Assembly: GCA_965230395.1 (NCBI GenBank)
Contig: CBDDKV010000002.1
Span: forward strand, 1,408,947 to 1,472,946
Source of the DNA: Bacteroidales bacterium
GTDB taxonomy: Bacteria; Bacteroidota; Bacteroidia; Bacteroidales; UBA10428
Length of the DNA: 64,000 bases
Reading direction: 5' to 3'
The position numbers and the translations under genes are program-made. Positions 47,207 to 57,588 of this stretch are shown one piece after another. Under the pieces are notes generated by a model. It saw only the letters and a program-made list of their open reading frames with translations, did not search any database and had not been told where the DNA came from. Position 1 is the first letter of the stretch, and each line of letters opens with the position of its first letter.

Positions 47207-47214
47207 TACCTTTG
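47207..47214 (+). promoter_or_regulatory. -7 promoter box candidate for amtB-glnK
   Basis: TACCTTTG matches the Bacteroidota TAnnTTTG consensus. It lies 58 nt upstream of the amtB ATG. Confidence 0.4.
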
Positions 47215-47272
47215 TGTCCGAAAAAAATAAATTATGAAAAATTAGAATAAGAAATAAACAAGGGTTGTCTAT

Positions 47273-48571
47273 ATGAAAAGAAAAAATCTTAAAATTTTGG
47301 GACTGTTCTTAATCCTGGTTATAACAGGAAGTCAGTCGTTGCTTGCTCAGGAAGCTACCGGAGAAGTAGATACCGGAATAACATCATGGATGTTAACGTC
47401 AACCGCATTGGTTTTGTTAATGATTCCCGGACTGGCAATGTTTTATGGCGGACTTGTTCGCAAAAAGAACGTTTTGGGAACCATGATGCATAGTTTTGTT
47501 GCCATGGGAATTATGGCAGTTTTATGGGTAGTTCTTGGATATGCCATGAGTTTTGGTGAAAATGTTTTAGGAGGATGGTTCGGATGGAATAAGGATTATT
47601 TGTTTCTTCAGGGAATTGACGAAAAAATCATGGACGGTGGAGTGCCGGAATATGTATTTTCAATGTTTCAGGGGAAGTTTGCGATAATAACCCCGGCACT
47701 TATAGCGGGAGCTTTTGCCGAAAGGGTTACTTTCAAAGGTTATGTCGTTTTTATAGCAGTTTGGGGAATTTTGGTCTATAATCCGCTTTGTCACTGGGTA
47801 TGGGCCGAAGGCGGTTTTCTTTACGAGATGGAGGCAATTGACTTTGCCGGAGGAACAGTAGTGCATATATCAGCAGGGGTAAGTGGGCTCGTGGCTGCAT
47901 TGTACCTGGGGGGCCGAAGGGGGCACCCTAAAGCTGTTATGGCTCCGAGTAACCTTGTTATGACCATGATGGGCGCTGGTCTGCTATGGGTAGGTTGGTT
48001 CGGGTTTAATGCAGGTAGCTCTGTAAATAGTGGACTGGATACAGCACAGGCACTTACGGCAACACAAGCAGCGGCAGCATCCGGAGCATTAGTCTGGATG
48101 ATAATTGAAGGTTTTCATCAGGGGAAAGCCACTGCTCTGGGATTTGCATCAGGTATACTGGCCGGATTGGTTGCTGTTACACCTGCAGCAGGAGTTGTTC
48201 AACCTGTTGGGGCACTGGCATTGGGGGCACTTGCATCATTTATCTGTTATTATGCAATATTGTTAAAAGATAAACTTGGATATGATGATAGTCTGGATGC
48301 ATTCGGACTTCATGGTGTTGGTGGAATAGTGGGAGCTTTATTTTTAGTGTTCTTTATGCGCGGAGAGCATTCCGTAAGCGAAATTATGCATCAGTTTGGT
48401 ATTCAGGCACTAGCTGTAGTTATTGCTATGGTTTATGCCGCAGTTATGACGCTGTTGATTGTTTGGGCAATTGATAAAACCATTGGATTGCGTTCTAAAG
48501 CAAAAGACGAAATGGGTGGCTTGGATGCCAGTTATCATGGAGAAAATGGATATGGAATGCTAAACTTATAA
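47273..48571 (+). CDS. amtB: ammonium transporter (Amt family)
   Basis: Signal peptide plus about 11 TM segments. Amt signatures: FYGGLVRKKN, DFAGGTVVHISAGVSGLVAALYLG, GWFGFNAGS, DDSLDAFGLHGVGGIVG. Confidence 0.95.
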   Translation: MKRKNLKILGLFLILVITGSQSLLAQEATGEVDTGITSWMLTSTALVLLMIPGLAMFYGGLVRKKNVLGTMMHSFVAMGIMAVLWVVLGYAMSFGENVLGGWFGWNKDYLFLQGIDEKIMDGGVPEYVFSMFQGKFAIITPALIAGAFAERVTFKGYVVFIAVWGILVYNPLCHWVWAEGGFLYEMEAIDFAGGTVVHISAGVSGLVAALYLGGRRGHPKAVMAPSNLVMTMMGAGLLWVGWFGFNAGSSVNSGLDTAQALTATQAAAASGALVWMIIEGFHQGKATALGFASGILAGLVAVTPAAGVVQPVGALALGALASFICYYAILLKDKLGYDDSLDAFGLHGVGGIVGALFLVFFMRGEHSVSEIMHQFGIQALAVVIAMVYAAVMTLLIVWAIDKTIGLRSKAKDEMGGLDASYHGENGYGMLNL

Positions 48572-48596
48572 CTTGAACCAAAAGAAGTGACTAATT

Positions 48597-48941
48597 ATGA
48601 AATTAATAACAGCAATTATAGACGAAATAAAGCTTGATGCAGTTCGGGAAGCCTTAATTCAGGAAGATGTTACCCGGATAACAGTTGTGCGTGTATCAGG
48701 CCATGGTCAGCAAAGAACAGAAGAAATTTACAGGGGAAAAAAGATTGTTCCTAATCTGATTCCAAAGGTTAAGATTGAAATAGCTGTAAATGAAGAATTT
48801 GTTGATATTACTGTAAACGCAATTGTAACTGCGGCCCGTTCGAACTCCGATGGAAGAGTAGGAGATGGAAAGATATTCATTACACCTTTGGAAGAGTGTA
48901 TCCGGATCAGGACGGGAGAAAAGGGCGGAAAAGCCATATAG
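48597..48941 (+). CDS. glnK: P-II nitrogen regulatory protein
   Basis: 114 aa. MKLITAII...KLDAVREAL...ITV..V.GHGQQ...EIYRG (T-loop Tyr present)...DGKIFI.P.EE..RIRTGE. It lies immediately downstream of amtB. Confidence 0.93.
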   Translation: MKLITAIIDEIKLDAVREALIQEDVTRITVVRVSGHGQQRTEEIYRGKKIVPNLIPKVKIEIAVNEEFVDITVNAIVTAARSNSDGRVGDGKIFITPLEECIRIRTGEKGGKAI

Positions 48942-49006
48942 GCAGTTGAAATAGAACCTTTAACCTAGTTTATATATATACTCAAAGAAGTACATTTATT
49001 GGCTTA

Positions 49007-49043
49007 AAGCCGCATCTGTTATACGGATGCGGCTTTTCTTTTT
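49007..49043 (+). terminator. rho-independent terminator after glnK
   Basis: AAGCCGCATC-tgttatacg-GATGCGGCTT followed by TTCTTTTT. Confidence 0.8.
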
Positions 49044-49097
49044 AAACTTTCCCTTTGAGAGGTAAATGCATGTATCTCTACAAAAAATTAGGTGAAA

Positions 49098-50429
49098 TTA
49101 TTTTCTGGGCTCTATCCGGTTAAAATTAGTGAAGTCCTCTCCTGTGGGGTTTTGGAATACGCTGAGTTCGAACTCAGGAATAACAGCAAGGATATGATCA
49201 AAAATATCAGCCTGGATGGCCTCGTAGTTAGCCCAGGCCTGATCGTTGCTGAAAACATATATTTCAATTGGTATCCCCATTTCGGAGGGTTGCAGTTGAC
49301 GCACTAGGAATGTCATTTTTTGGTGAATTTTTGGGTGGTTATGAAGGTATTCCTCCAGGTATTTCCGAAAGGTCCCAATGTTTGTCATTCTCCGGCCATT
49401 CACGTTTATTGTATTATCAATACCCTGTTTTTGGTTGAATTCTTTTAATTCCGACTCTTTTGCTTCAATATAGGATTTCAGGTATTGTATTTTTTGAAAT
49501 TTCTCAATCATTTCAGGGGAGCAGAACTTTACGCTTCTCATGTCAATATTGATATGGCGTTTTATTCTCCGTCCCTCCGATTCTTCCATTCCTCTCCAGT
49601 TAGTAAAAGCATTAGAAACCAGGGCATAAGTTGGTATCGTAACAACGGTCTTGTCAAAATTCTGAACTTTTACGGTGTTTAATGTAATCTCAAGAACGTC
49701 TCCATCTGCCTTATGGCTTGGCATGGTAATCCAGTCACCAATTCGCAACATATCGTTTGCGGAAAGCTGGATACTTGCAACAAAACCAAGAATGGTATCC
49801 CTGAATACCAGCAAGAGCACCGCAGCCATAGTACCCAGGCCGGTTAAAAAGTATTTTGGCGTTTTTCCGGTAACAATTGAAAATATTAAAATAATGGCAA
49901 CAAAGTAGACGATTATCTTTACAACCTGAATATATCCGCTAATTGAACGGTCTTTTGCAATAGACAATGTATTGTAAATTTGATGTACAGAGTTCAGGAA
50001 AGAATCTGCCGAAAGTAAGACCATAACGATAATGTAAATCATTGCGGTGACTTTTATGAAATTCAGCATAGGCGGAAAATCACTAAGCACCAGTCCGATA
50101 AGAGAATAGATAATAACTGCCGGAACAACGTGGGCAAGGCGGTTGAAAACTTTCTTTTCTAAAAGAATATCATCCCATAACGTCTTAGTGCGTTTGGCCA
50201 GCCTTTTCAGAATATTCAACACCACCTTTCTGGTAATAATATCAACGGTCCAGGCAATTATGAAAATAACAATCAGGCCGAATGCTAAATTTATCCATTT
50301 TATCGCCTGTGGCCCCAGCCCGGTATTTTCAAGAAGTTTTCCTAAATCTAAAAGTAATTTTGCATCCATAATGTATGATGGGTTAGTATTTGTATTTATG
50401 TAGCAAAAATAATATTTTGGATAATCCAA
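49098..50429 (-). CDS. mechanosensitive ion channel family protein (MscS-like)
   Basis: Several N-terminal TM helices, then the MscS core: LGTMAAVLLLVFRDTILGFVASIQLSANDMLRIGDWITM...DGDVLEITLNTVKVQNFDKTVVTIP. The true start may be the internal ATG at 50369 (MDAKLLLDLG). Confidence 0.88.
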   Translation of the reverse strand: MDYPKYYFCYINTNTNPSYIMDAKLLLDLGKLLENTGLGPQAIKWINLAFGLIVIFIIAWTVDIITRKVVLNILKRLAKRTKTLWDDILLEKKVFNRLAHVVPAVIIYSLIGLVLSDFPPMLNFIKVTAMIYIIVMVLLSADSFLNSVHQIYNTLSIAKDRSISGYIQVVKIIVYFVAIILIFSIVTGKTPKYFLTGLGTMAAVLLLVFRDTILGFVASIQLSANDMLRIGDWITMPSHKADGDVLEITLNTVKVQNFDKTVVTIPTYALVSNAFTNWRGMEESEGRRIKRHINIDMRSVKFCSPEMIEKFQKIQYLKSYIEAKESELKEFNQKQGIDNTINVNGRRMTNIGTFRKYLEEYLHNHPKIHQKMTFLVRQLQPSEMGIPIEIYVFSNDQAWANYEAIQADIFDHILAVIPEFELSVFQNPTGEDFTNFNRIEPRK

Positions 50430-50517
50430 CTTCTTTTATTTGTTAATTTTATAATTAATGAGATTTCTTTATCTTAAATTAGAACAAAGATTAAATCAAA
50501 CAAATTGGATTCGCATA

Positions 50518-51789
50518 ATGAAGCATCTTTTAATACTTTTATTTAGCTTTTCGTTGTTGAATAGTTATTCTCAGGTATATCAGAAACATTTCACAAAAAA
50601 ACGCTATCGTTTAGATTACAGAATATCCGGAGATTATAAAAAACAAGAAATAAATTCATTGGGAGTAACAGTAGAAAAGAAGTGGGGGGGCTCCAGGGTA
50701 AACCTTATCGATACATTTGGCTATGGTAAGTACATGTTGAAAATATACGACAAAGAAACAAACCGGTTGCTTTATTCGCGAGGGTTTTCTGATTTGTTTG
50801 CAGAGTGGCAGACAACCTCTCTGGCCAAGGAAAAAAAACGGGGTTTCTCTCAGTCTATCTTGTTCCCTGCCCCAAGAAAAACAGTAAGCCTTGAAATACT
50901 CAGGCGCGATTCAACATTAACTTTTCGCCCTCTTTATACGATGGAAATTGATCCCCAATCAGAAGAAATATCTAAACAGAATATTTTAGAGACAGAACAT
51001 TTGGTTTTACATCGGGGGGCGAATAGTAACAAAGCCCTGGATCTTATTATGCTCTCTGAAGGGTATAAAGCAGCAGAAAAAGAAAAATTCTTTAATGATG
51101 CTGAACGGTTTAAAGAGTATCTTTTAGACAGAAAACTTTACAAAGAAAAAGAAAAGCACATCAATGTTCATGCAGTATACGCTGCATCAGAACAGACGGG
51201 GGTGGATATTCCCGGGGATAGTTTATATGTAAATACAATTCTTGATGCCCATTTTAACACGTTTGGTGTTGAACGTTATTTAACCCTTCCGGATTTGACA
51301 AAGGTTTATGATTATTTATCTGAATATCCGGTGGATCAAGTAGTTGTTATTGTTAATTCAGATAAATACGGCGGTGGGGGCATATACAATTTCTATAATA
51401 TCTTCACTTCCGATAATGAACAGGGTGAGATGTTGTTTATGCATGAATTCGGTCACGGTTTTGCTTCTTTGGCCGACGAATATTTCAGCAGCAAAGTAGC
51501 TTATGAAGAAACAGGGAGCATGAAGTATGAGCCATATGAGCCAAATATCACCAATCTGGTTGATTTTGAAAAAAAGTGGCAGGGAATGATAAATGATTCC
51601 GTTCCCGTTCCAACACCGGATAGCATAAATTACAGAAATGTGGTAGGGGTGTTTGAAGGGGCCAATTACTTACCGAAAGGGTTTTACAGGCCGTATTTTA
51701 ACTGCATAATGCGTTCTTTGTCTGTTGGGGAGTTTTGTCCGGTCTGTGAGAAAAGTATAAAGGAAATGCTCGATTTTTATTCAAAATAA
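50518..51789 (+). CDS. peptidase M64 (IgA-peptidase-like) family zinc metalloprotease
   Basis: Signal peptide from the ATG at 50518 (MKHLLILLFSFSLLNSYSQ). YGGGGIYNFYNIFTSDNEQGEMLFMHEFGHGFASLADEY (HExxH plus the DEY context typical of M64). Confidence 0.8.
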   Translation: MKHLLILLFSFSLLNSYSQVYQKHFTKKRYRLDYRISGDYKKQEINSLGVTVEKKWGGSRVNLIDTFGYGKYMLKIYDKETNRLLYSRGFSDLFAEWQTTSLAKEKKRGFSQSILFPAPRKTVSLEILRRDSTLTFRPLYTMEIDPQSEEISKQNILETEHLVLHRGANSNKALDLIMLSEGYKAAEKEKFFNDAERFKEYLLDRKLYKEKEKHINVHAVYAASEQTGVDIPGDSLYVNTILDAHFNTFGVERYLTLPDLTKVYDYLSEYPVDQVVVIVNSDKYGGGGIYNFYNIFTSDNEQGEMLFMHEFGHGFASLADEYFSSKVAYEETGSMKYEPYEPNITNLVDFEKKWQGMINDSVPVPTPDSINYRNVVGVFEGANYLPKGFYRPYFNCIMRSLSVGEFCPVCEKSIKEMLDFYSK

Positions 51790-51841
51790 AAGGGGGGCTG
51801 TTTAAATCCCCCCGAATTTGTTTTATCGTGAGTTATGTCTT

Positions 51842-52300
51842 TTACTCTTCGGTAACCTCAATTTTCTCAATAAGATCCCCGGCTTTGATAGCATCAATAA
51901 CCTCAAGTCCTTCAACCACTTTTCCGAAACAGGTATGGTTTCTGTCAAGGTGAGAAGTATTTGTCCGGCTATGACAAATAAAGAACTGGGAACCTCCGGT
52001 ATTGCGGCCTGCATGGGCCATAGATAAAACGCCCCTGTCATGGTACTGGTTGTCCCCGTCTAGTTCGCAATCAATGGAATACCCGGGACCACCTGTCCCA
52101 ACTCTTGAATCCGAAGGGTCTTTTGAATGTGGGCATCCACCCTGAATAACAAAGTCCGGAATAACCCGGTGGAACCGTAAACCATCATAATAGCCAGATT
52201 TGGCAAGTTTTACAAAGTTTTCTACAGTGTTGGGGGCATCGTTTTCGTAGAACTCTACTTTCATCTGTCCTTTTTCTGTGTGAATAAGTGCCTTTTTCAT
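51842..52300 (-). CDS. cyclophilin-type peptidyl-prolyl cis-trans isomerase
   Basis: Probable start at the ATG at 52300 ([18 protein letters not shown]). [13 protein letters not shown]..., [33 protein letters not shown]. Confidence 0.93.
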   Translation of the reverse strand: MKKALIHTEKGQMKVEFYENDAPNTVENFVKLAKSGYYDGLRFHRVIPDFVIQGGCPHSKDPSDSRVGTGGPGYSIDCELDGDNQYHDRGVLSMAHAGRNTGGSQFFICHSRTNTSHLDRNHTCFGKVVEGLEVIDAIKAGDLIEKIEVTEE

Positions 52301-52460
52301 CTGTTTAGTTTTTTGATTTCTGAATGTTAAACCCCAACTCCCGGGAGAATACACTCAGGAACTCACATACATTTTAATCATCCTTCTGTGTGAATTTTGA
52401 AAGATGGAAATTCATGTTCGTTCGTATTATTGATCTTTTCGGTTATTTATGTTAAAAATG

Positions 52461-52487
52461 AGCCGCATTAAAATTATTAATGCGGCT
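52461..52487. terminator. hairpin between the FKBP and cyclophilin genes (terminator-like on both strands)
   Basis: AGCCGCATTAA-aatta-TTAATGCGGCT. T-rich tracts follow on both strands (TTATGTTTTTTTTT on plus, TCATTTTTAAC on minus). Confidence 0.6.
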
Positions 52488-52518
52488 TTATGTTTTTTTT
52501 TGTAAAGGCAGCAGTCCC

Positions 52519-53265
52519 TTATTCAGTTTCTTCTACTACTTCTTCTGCTTTAAGAACTTCAATAAGTTCAACTTCAAATATTAAAGTAGAGTTTGGTTTA
52601 ATTTTTTCTCCGGCAGCTCTTTCTCCGTAAGCGAGTTCATAAGGAATGAAAAACTCATAAATAGCACCTTCCTTCATTAACTGCAGACCTTCTGTCCATC
52701 CTTTTATCACTTGATTAAGAACAAATTCAGTAGGCTGGCCTCTGTCATGGGAGCTGTCAAATATATCTCCGTCAATAAGTTTTCCTGTATAGTGTACTCT
52801 TACTTTGTCAGTTGCCAGGGGCTGGGCTCCCGCACCTTCCTTAATAACACGGTATTGTAATCCGCTTTCTGTTTCAACAACCCCTTTAGCTGTTTTGTTT
52901 TTTTCAAGGAATTCCTGCCCTATCTTTTTGTTTTCTTCGTGCTCAATAGCATCAACTTCGGCTTGTTTTTGTTGTTGCTGCATAGAGAAGTTCCTTAAAA
53001 TCTCCTGTAATTTCATAGGAGTAAAAACCGTATCGTCTTTTTCGCTGAATCCATCGGCTATACCTTTTTTAATCAGTTCAAGGTTTAGTTCTTCTTTGTC
53101 TGGTACATTTGCAGGACCTGTAGCAATCCAAAGTCCGATAACGTAACTTACAGTGTCAAGATTAGTCTCCATTTTTGGAGCTTTACCTGCTCCTGCCTGA
53201 CTGGAGCATGCAATGAAGTGGGCTGCTAAAAGTATACCAATGAATAATTTAAGAATGTTTTTCAT
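52519..53265 (-). CDS. FKBP-type peptidyl-prolyl isomerase (FkpA/Mip-like lipoprotein)
   Basis: Lipobox LAAHFIACS. N-terminal dimerisation helices. FKBP core: VRVHYTGKLIDGDIFDSSHDRGQPTEFVLNQVIKGWTEGLQLMKEGAIYEFFIPYELAYGERAAG..IKPNSTLIFEVELIEV. Confidence 0.92.
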   Translation of the reverse strand: MKNILKLFIGILLAAHFIACSSQAGAGKAPKMETNLDTVSYVIGLWIATGPANVPDKEELNLELIKKGIADGFSEKDDTVFTPMKLQEILRNFSMQQQQKQAEVDAIEHEENKKIGQEFLEKNKTAKGVVETESGLQYRVIKEGAGAQPLATDKVRVHYTGKLIDGDIFDSSHDRGQPTEFVLNQVIKGWTEGLQLMKEGAIYEFFIPYELAYGERAAGEKIKPNSTLIFEVELIEVLKAEEVVEETE

Positions 53266-53390
53266 AATCTAGTTTTTGTTTATTGTTTTGGGCAAAGGTA
53301 AAATTTTTCTGTTTGTTCGGCTTGTGAATAAATCTTTTTTGACTTCTATAGTGAATATTCTTATTTTCGACCCTGATTAAAATACTTATT

Positions 53391-55289
53391 ATGAAAAGGT
53401 TAGTCTTGAGCGAAAACGTTGTGTTACTAGCGTTTATGTTTTCTGTTTTTTTTCTTTCAGCGCTTTCCGGACAGGAGTTGTCCAGAGAAGAACTGGAAAA
53501 CCAGTCCGTCAGTTATCTGGAGGAGGGGAAGAATGAGCTGGCATTGCAGGGGTTTGAGAGTTTATTGGAGGTTTACCCCGATGATGCGGCGTATAATTAC
53601 TACGCAGGCATATGTTATCTTAATCAGGGGGGCAAACTGGAAAAGTCGGTTGAAAGCTTACGCATTGGTGCTGCGAAAAACTACAAAATCGATGTGCATT
53701 TTTACCTGTTTTTGGCGAACCTCAGGATGTATGAATTTGAACAGGCTGAGCTGTCATTAATAAACTTTAAGAACCTGGCATCAAAAAAAGAGGAGAAAAA
53801 ATTCAAAGTCAAATTGTGGGAAGAAGCATTAATTCAGTTAAAAAAGGAAACTAAAAAGGTGCAGGTGCCAGAGGCTGGTTTAGTAAAAGAATTGAAGATG
53901 CCTCACGTAGAGTACGCATTCCCGGCGGTTGTAAATGGAAAGTTTATATATAAACCGGCAGAATTTATGTCGGATGCCGATCGGGCTGTTGACTATCAGG
54001 GAATAATGTTTATTTCCAATGAAAAAAGGAACAATAAAATTTTGATAGTACCGGGACAGGGAAAAAGGAAAAAAGGTATCGACCTATTTGTTATAGAACA
54101 AATTTCATCACAGAAATTTAAAGCCCCGGTGGCCATAACCACAGTTAATACAAAGTACGATGAAGAATATCCCTACTTTGATCAGCGCCAGCAGGTACTA
54201 TATTTTAGTTCAAAGCGGGCAGGTGGACTTGGTGGCTATGATATTTACAAATCAACCTATAATGAGGGCACTAAAACTTTTTCAGTGCCGGTACGGCTCA
54301 AGTTTCCATACAACACTCCTTTTGATGATTACCTGTATATTCCGGATTCAACAAATAAAACCGCAGTGTTGGTAACAAACAGACATGCCGATATTCGTTT
54401 TTTCAATGCATGTGAAATACAACCAGAGGGAACTCAGGAAGTTTTTGAGCCGAAAACAAGAGAGGAAATATGTAACATATCAGCACTGAAAGCTACTAAT
54501 TACCCGGAGGGTAAAGTGGAGGCAGAGGAAAGCAAGCCCAGGAAACCCGTAAAAAAATTTAAGACCTATTCGGAGTATGAAGTTCTGTTGGAACAGGCAA
54601 TGGAGATGCAGTTGAAGTGCGACTCCCTGCAATCAGAGCTTGTGGATTACAGGAGTGAATTGCAAGAAGTTACGGTGGAAGAAGAAAGGCAAAAGTTGAA
54701 AAACAGAATCTCGCAGGGAACACAGTTGGTGAAGAAAATGCAGGCCGAGGCCGACAAACTTTTTGCAGAAGCCCACCAGGTCCGAAGTGTGTCAAATGAA
54801 TTAAGTGTCGAAGACAACGAAGGGAAAGATGAGCACGTTTACCAGATAAATGAAATAAACGGAATAAAAGTATTTGCTTACAAAACAGAAGATGGCGGAG
54901 GAGAAATGGAATACGATAGGGAACCGGCTTATTCATCAGAAACAAAGTTTCAAATTCAGTCAAAATCGCCTTACTCGGAAGAAAACCCAATACCAAATGA
55001 AGTTGAATACCCGGAAGGGCTTGTGTATCGTATCCAATTGGGGGTTTTCGGCAATAATTTGTCTATGGATACATTTGGGGGGTTGACGCCCATGTCCTCA
55101 GAAAGGATCGAAGGAGGCCGGCTTACCCGATATTTTGTTGGATGGTTTAGCGTATCCAGGGAAGCAAGGAAGGCAATAAACCGGGTTAAGGAATATGGTT
55201 ATTCAGATGCTTTTATTGTGCCCTATTACAATGGAAATAAAATAACTATCCATGATGCCAGGGAAATAGAGTTCGGTGAAAAAAAATAA
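53391..55289 (+). CDS. TPR / PD40-like / SPOR-domain envelope protein
   Basis: Signal/TM and N-terminal TPR-like helices. PD40-type strand pattern: EEYPYFDQRQQVLYFSSKRAGGLGGYDIYKS. Coiled coil. C-terminal SPOR-like segment: YRIQLGVFGNN...RYFVGWFSVSREARKAINRVKEYGYSDAFIVPY. Confidence 0.8.
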   Translation: MKRLVLSENVVLLAFMFSVFFLSALSGQELSREELENQSVSYLEEGKNELALQGFESLLEVYPDDAAYNYYAGICYLNQGGKLEKSVESLRIGAAKNYKIDVHFYLFLANLRMYEFEQAELSLINFKNLASKKEEKKFKVKLWEEALIQLKKETKKVQVPEAGLVKELKMPHVEYAFPAVVNGKFIYKPAEFMSDADRAVDYQGIMFISNEKRNNKILIVPGQGKRKKGIDLFVIEQISSQKFKAPVAITTVNTKYDEEYPYFDQRQQVLYFSSKRAGGLGGYDIYKSTYNEGTKTFSVPVRLKFPYNTPFDDYLYIPDSTNKTAVLVTNRHADIRFFNACEIQPEGTQEVFEPKTREEICNISALKATNYPEGKVEAEESKPRKPVKKFKTYSEYEVLLEQAMEMQLKCDSLQSELVDYRSELQEVTVEEERQKLKNRISQGTQLVKKMQAEADKLFAEAHQVRSVSNELSVEDNEGKDEHVYQINEINGIKVFAYKTEDGGGEMEYDREPAYSSETKFQIQSKSPYSEENPIPNEVEYPEGLVYRIQLGVFGNNLSMDTFGGLTPMSSERIEGGRLTRYFVGWFSVSREARKAINRVKEYGYSDAFIVPYYNGNKITIHDAREIEFGEKK

Positions 55290-55370
55290 AGAATATGGAA
55301 TCATTATGTTGACAATATTGTTATTTTTGTTTAAGTCATTGTAACTTTGAATTTTCAAAATGTTATAATT

Positions 55371-55658
55371 ATGAGTAAGAAGGAGTATGTAGACAATCAT
55401 CCGGATTTGAAGGAGTTATTGGATAAGGACAATGATGAAGGTCGTTTTCTTATTCTTCATAATGATGACGTGCACACGTTTGAATATGTGATTGAGAGCT
55501 TAATAAAAATTTGTAAGTTAGACGAAGTTCAAGCGGAACAATGTACTTATTTAGTTCATTATAAAGGAAAGTGCGACGTAAAGAAAGGCACATTAAACTA
55601 TCTTAAACCTTTTAAAGAAGCGTTGGTTGATAAGGGGTTGGAGGTAACAATCGATTAA
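55371..55658 (+). CDS. clpS: ATP-dependent Clp protease adaptor ClpS
   Basis: ATG at 55371. FLILHNDDVHTFEYVIESLIKICKLDEVQAEQCTYLVHYKGKCDVKKG is the ClpS core pattern. Confidence 0.85.
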   Translation: MSKKEYVDNHPDLKELLDKDNDEGRFLILHNDDVHTFEYVIESLIKICKLDEVQAEQCTYLVHYKGKCDVKKGTLNYLKPFKEALVDKGLEVTID

Positions 55659-55664
55659 ATATAT

Positions 55665-56135
55665 ATGACAATAGGAGTTATTGTATCCCTTGTTGTAATA
55701 GGTATCATCCTATTACTAGTTGAATTTTTAATTACGCCCGGGGTCACTATCGCTGGTATTTCGGGTTCATTGCTTATTATAGGGGGAGTAGTTGCAGGAT
55801 ACTATTTTCATCCGGTAAAAATAGGCCATTTTATCCTTTTGGGAACTTTATTAGCTTTGGTCGTTGTGTTTGTTTTGGCTTTTAAAACAAAAACATGGAA
55901 GAAGCTGGGACTGGAATCGGCTATAGATGGCCATGCAACAGAGGATGTTTCGGAAGTCTTTAAGGTAGGGGATATCGGAAAAGCCGTCTCCAGGTTAGCA
56001 CCCATTGGGAAAGTAATGATTAATGATAAAATTGTTGAAGCGCGCTCGTTAGGAGGGTTTATTGATCCGAATACAGCGATTATAGTAATCAGAACAGAAA
56101 AAAATAAACTTTTTGTAGAACCTAAAATAAAATAA
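55665..56135 (+). CDS. NfeD-family membrane protein
   Basis: Three N-terminal TM helices plus a C-terminal OB-like tail ([27 protein letters not shown]). It lies immediately upstream of floA, the usual pairing. Confidence 0.8.
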   Translation: MTIGVIVSLVVIGIILLLVEFLITPGVTIAGISGSLLIIGGVVAGYYFHPVKIGHFILLGTLLALVVVFVLAFKTKTWKKLGLESAIDGHATEDVSEVFKVGDIGKAVSRLAPIGKVMINDKIVEARSLGGFIDPNTAIIVIRTEKNKLFVEPKIK

Positions 56136-56142
56136 ACGAAGC

Positions 56143-57129
56143 ATGTCGTCAGGTATTGGTTTAATAGTAGTAATTATTGTTGCGGCAATAATATTTTTAT
56201 GGCTTTTCTTTTATTTAATACCACTTGGATTGTGGTTTAGTGCAGTATTTGCACGGGTATATGTGCCAATTGGCCAGTTAATCGGAATGCGGATTAGAAA
56301 AGTGCCGCCCGGAGTAATATTGCAGGCATTAATTAATTCAACGAAAGCAGGGCTAAAGTTAAATCGTGATGATTTAGAGGCGCACTACCTTGCAGGTGGT
56401 AATGTGCAAATGGTAGTTAGTGCGCTTATTTCTGCAGACAAAGCAAACATTGAACTGGATTTTAAAGCTGCAACAGCTATTGACTTAGCCGGTCGGGATG
56501 TTCTGGAGGCGGTAAAGATGTCTGTAAACCCAAAAGTAATCGATACTCCCCCTGTAACAGCCGTGGCCAAAGATGGTATCCAGCTTATTTGTAAGGCTCG
56601 TGTTACCGTAAGGGCAAACATTAAGCAACTGGTTGGAGGGGCAGGAGAAGATACAGTCCTGGCACGTGTTGGAGAAGGCTGTGTGTCGTCAATTGGTTCA
56701 GCAGGGTCACATAAGGAAGTGTTGGAAAATCCGGATTCTATTTCGAGAGTGGTGCTTGATAAAGGATTGGATGCCGGGACAGCATTTGAAATACTTTCAA
56801 TAGACATAGCGGATATTGATATAGGGAAGAATATCGGGGCCGTACTTCAAATGGATCAGGCAAACGCAGATAAAAATATAGCCCAGGCAAAAGCAGAAGA
56901 GAGAAGGGCAATGGCTGTCGCACTTGAACAGGAAATGAAAGCAAAAGCACAGGAAGCACGGGCAAATGTAATCCAGGCTGAAGCTGAAGTGCCGAAGGCA
57001 ATGGCAGAAGCGTTCAGAAGTGGTAACTTAGGAATAATGGATTACTACAAAATGAAGAATATTGAAGCAGACACAGGAATGCGCGATTCAATTGCCGGAG
57101 GGTCAGATAAACCTAAAAAGACAAATTAA
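56143..57129 (+). CDS. floA: flotillin-like protein FloA
   Basis: Near-colinear with the FloA/YqfA pattern: [48 protein letters not shown]...VRANI..LVGGAGE.T..ARVGEG.VS.IGS...[65 protein letters not shown]. Confidence 0.95.
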   Translation: MSSGIGLIVVIIVAAIIFLWLFFYLIPLGLWFSAVFARVYVPIGQLIGMRIRKVPPGVILQALINSTKAGLKLNRDDLEAHYLAGGNVQMVVSALISADKANIELDFKAATAIDLAGRDVLEAVKMSVNPKVIDTPPVTAVAKDGIQLICKARVTVRANIKQLVGGAGEDTVLARVGEGCVSSIGSAGSHKEVLENPDSISRVVLDKGLDAGTAFEILSIDIADIDIGKNIGAVLQMDQANADKNIAQAKAEERRAMAVALEQEMKAKAQEARANVIQAEAEVPKAMAEAFRSGNLGIMDYYKMKNIEADTGMRDSIAGGSDKPKKTN

Positions 57130-57308
57130 TTTGAATTTTTAGGTTAAAAAATTTGTAATATTTCAATCATTTTATACTTTTGTGCCCGCCTGATTGAATG
57201 AGCGGGCACTTCAGTAAAATTTCGAGACTCTGTTTGAGGTTTTCAATTGCTGAAAAATACATACGATAAGCCTTTTATAATAAATTTATTATAAAGTAAA
57301 ATATTAAA

Positions 57309-57400
<92 letters not shown>

Positions 57401-57422
57401 AAAGAAATAGCATTTCGAAGGA

Positions 57423-57462
57423 AAACCCCGCAAGTAAACAACTTGCGGGGTTTTTGCTTTTT
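57423..57462 (+). terminator. rho-independent terminator after tRNA-Ser
   Basis: AAACCCCGCAAGT-aaaca-ACTTGCGGGGTTT followed by TTGCTTTTT. Confidence 0.85.
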
Positions 57463-57588
57463 GGTGCCAACGCGAAAAAATGCAGGTTATAGGTGGAGTT
57501 TTGGTGGACTTGTTTTTTTGAAGAATTATATGCAGAAAGGGGTAGATATGAAGGATATATCCTCTATTACTTTAATTTTTTTATGAAT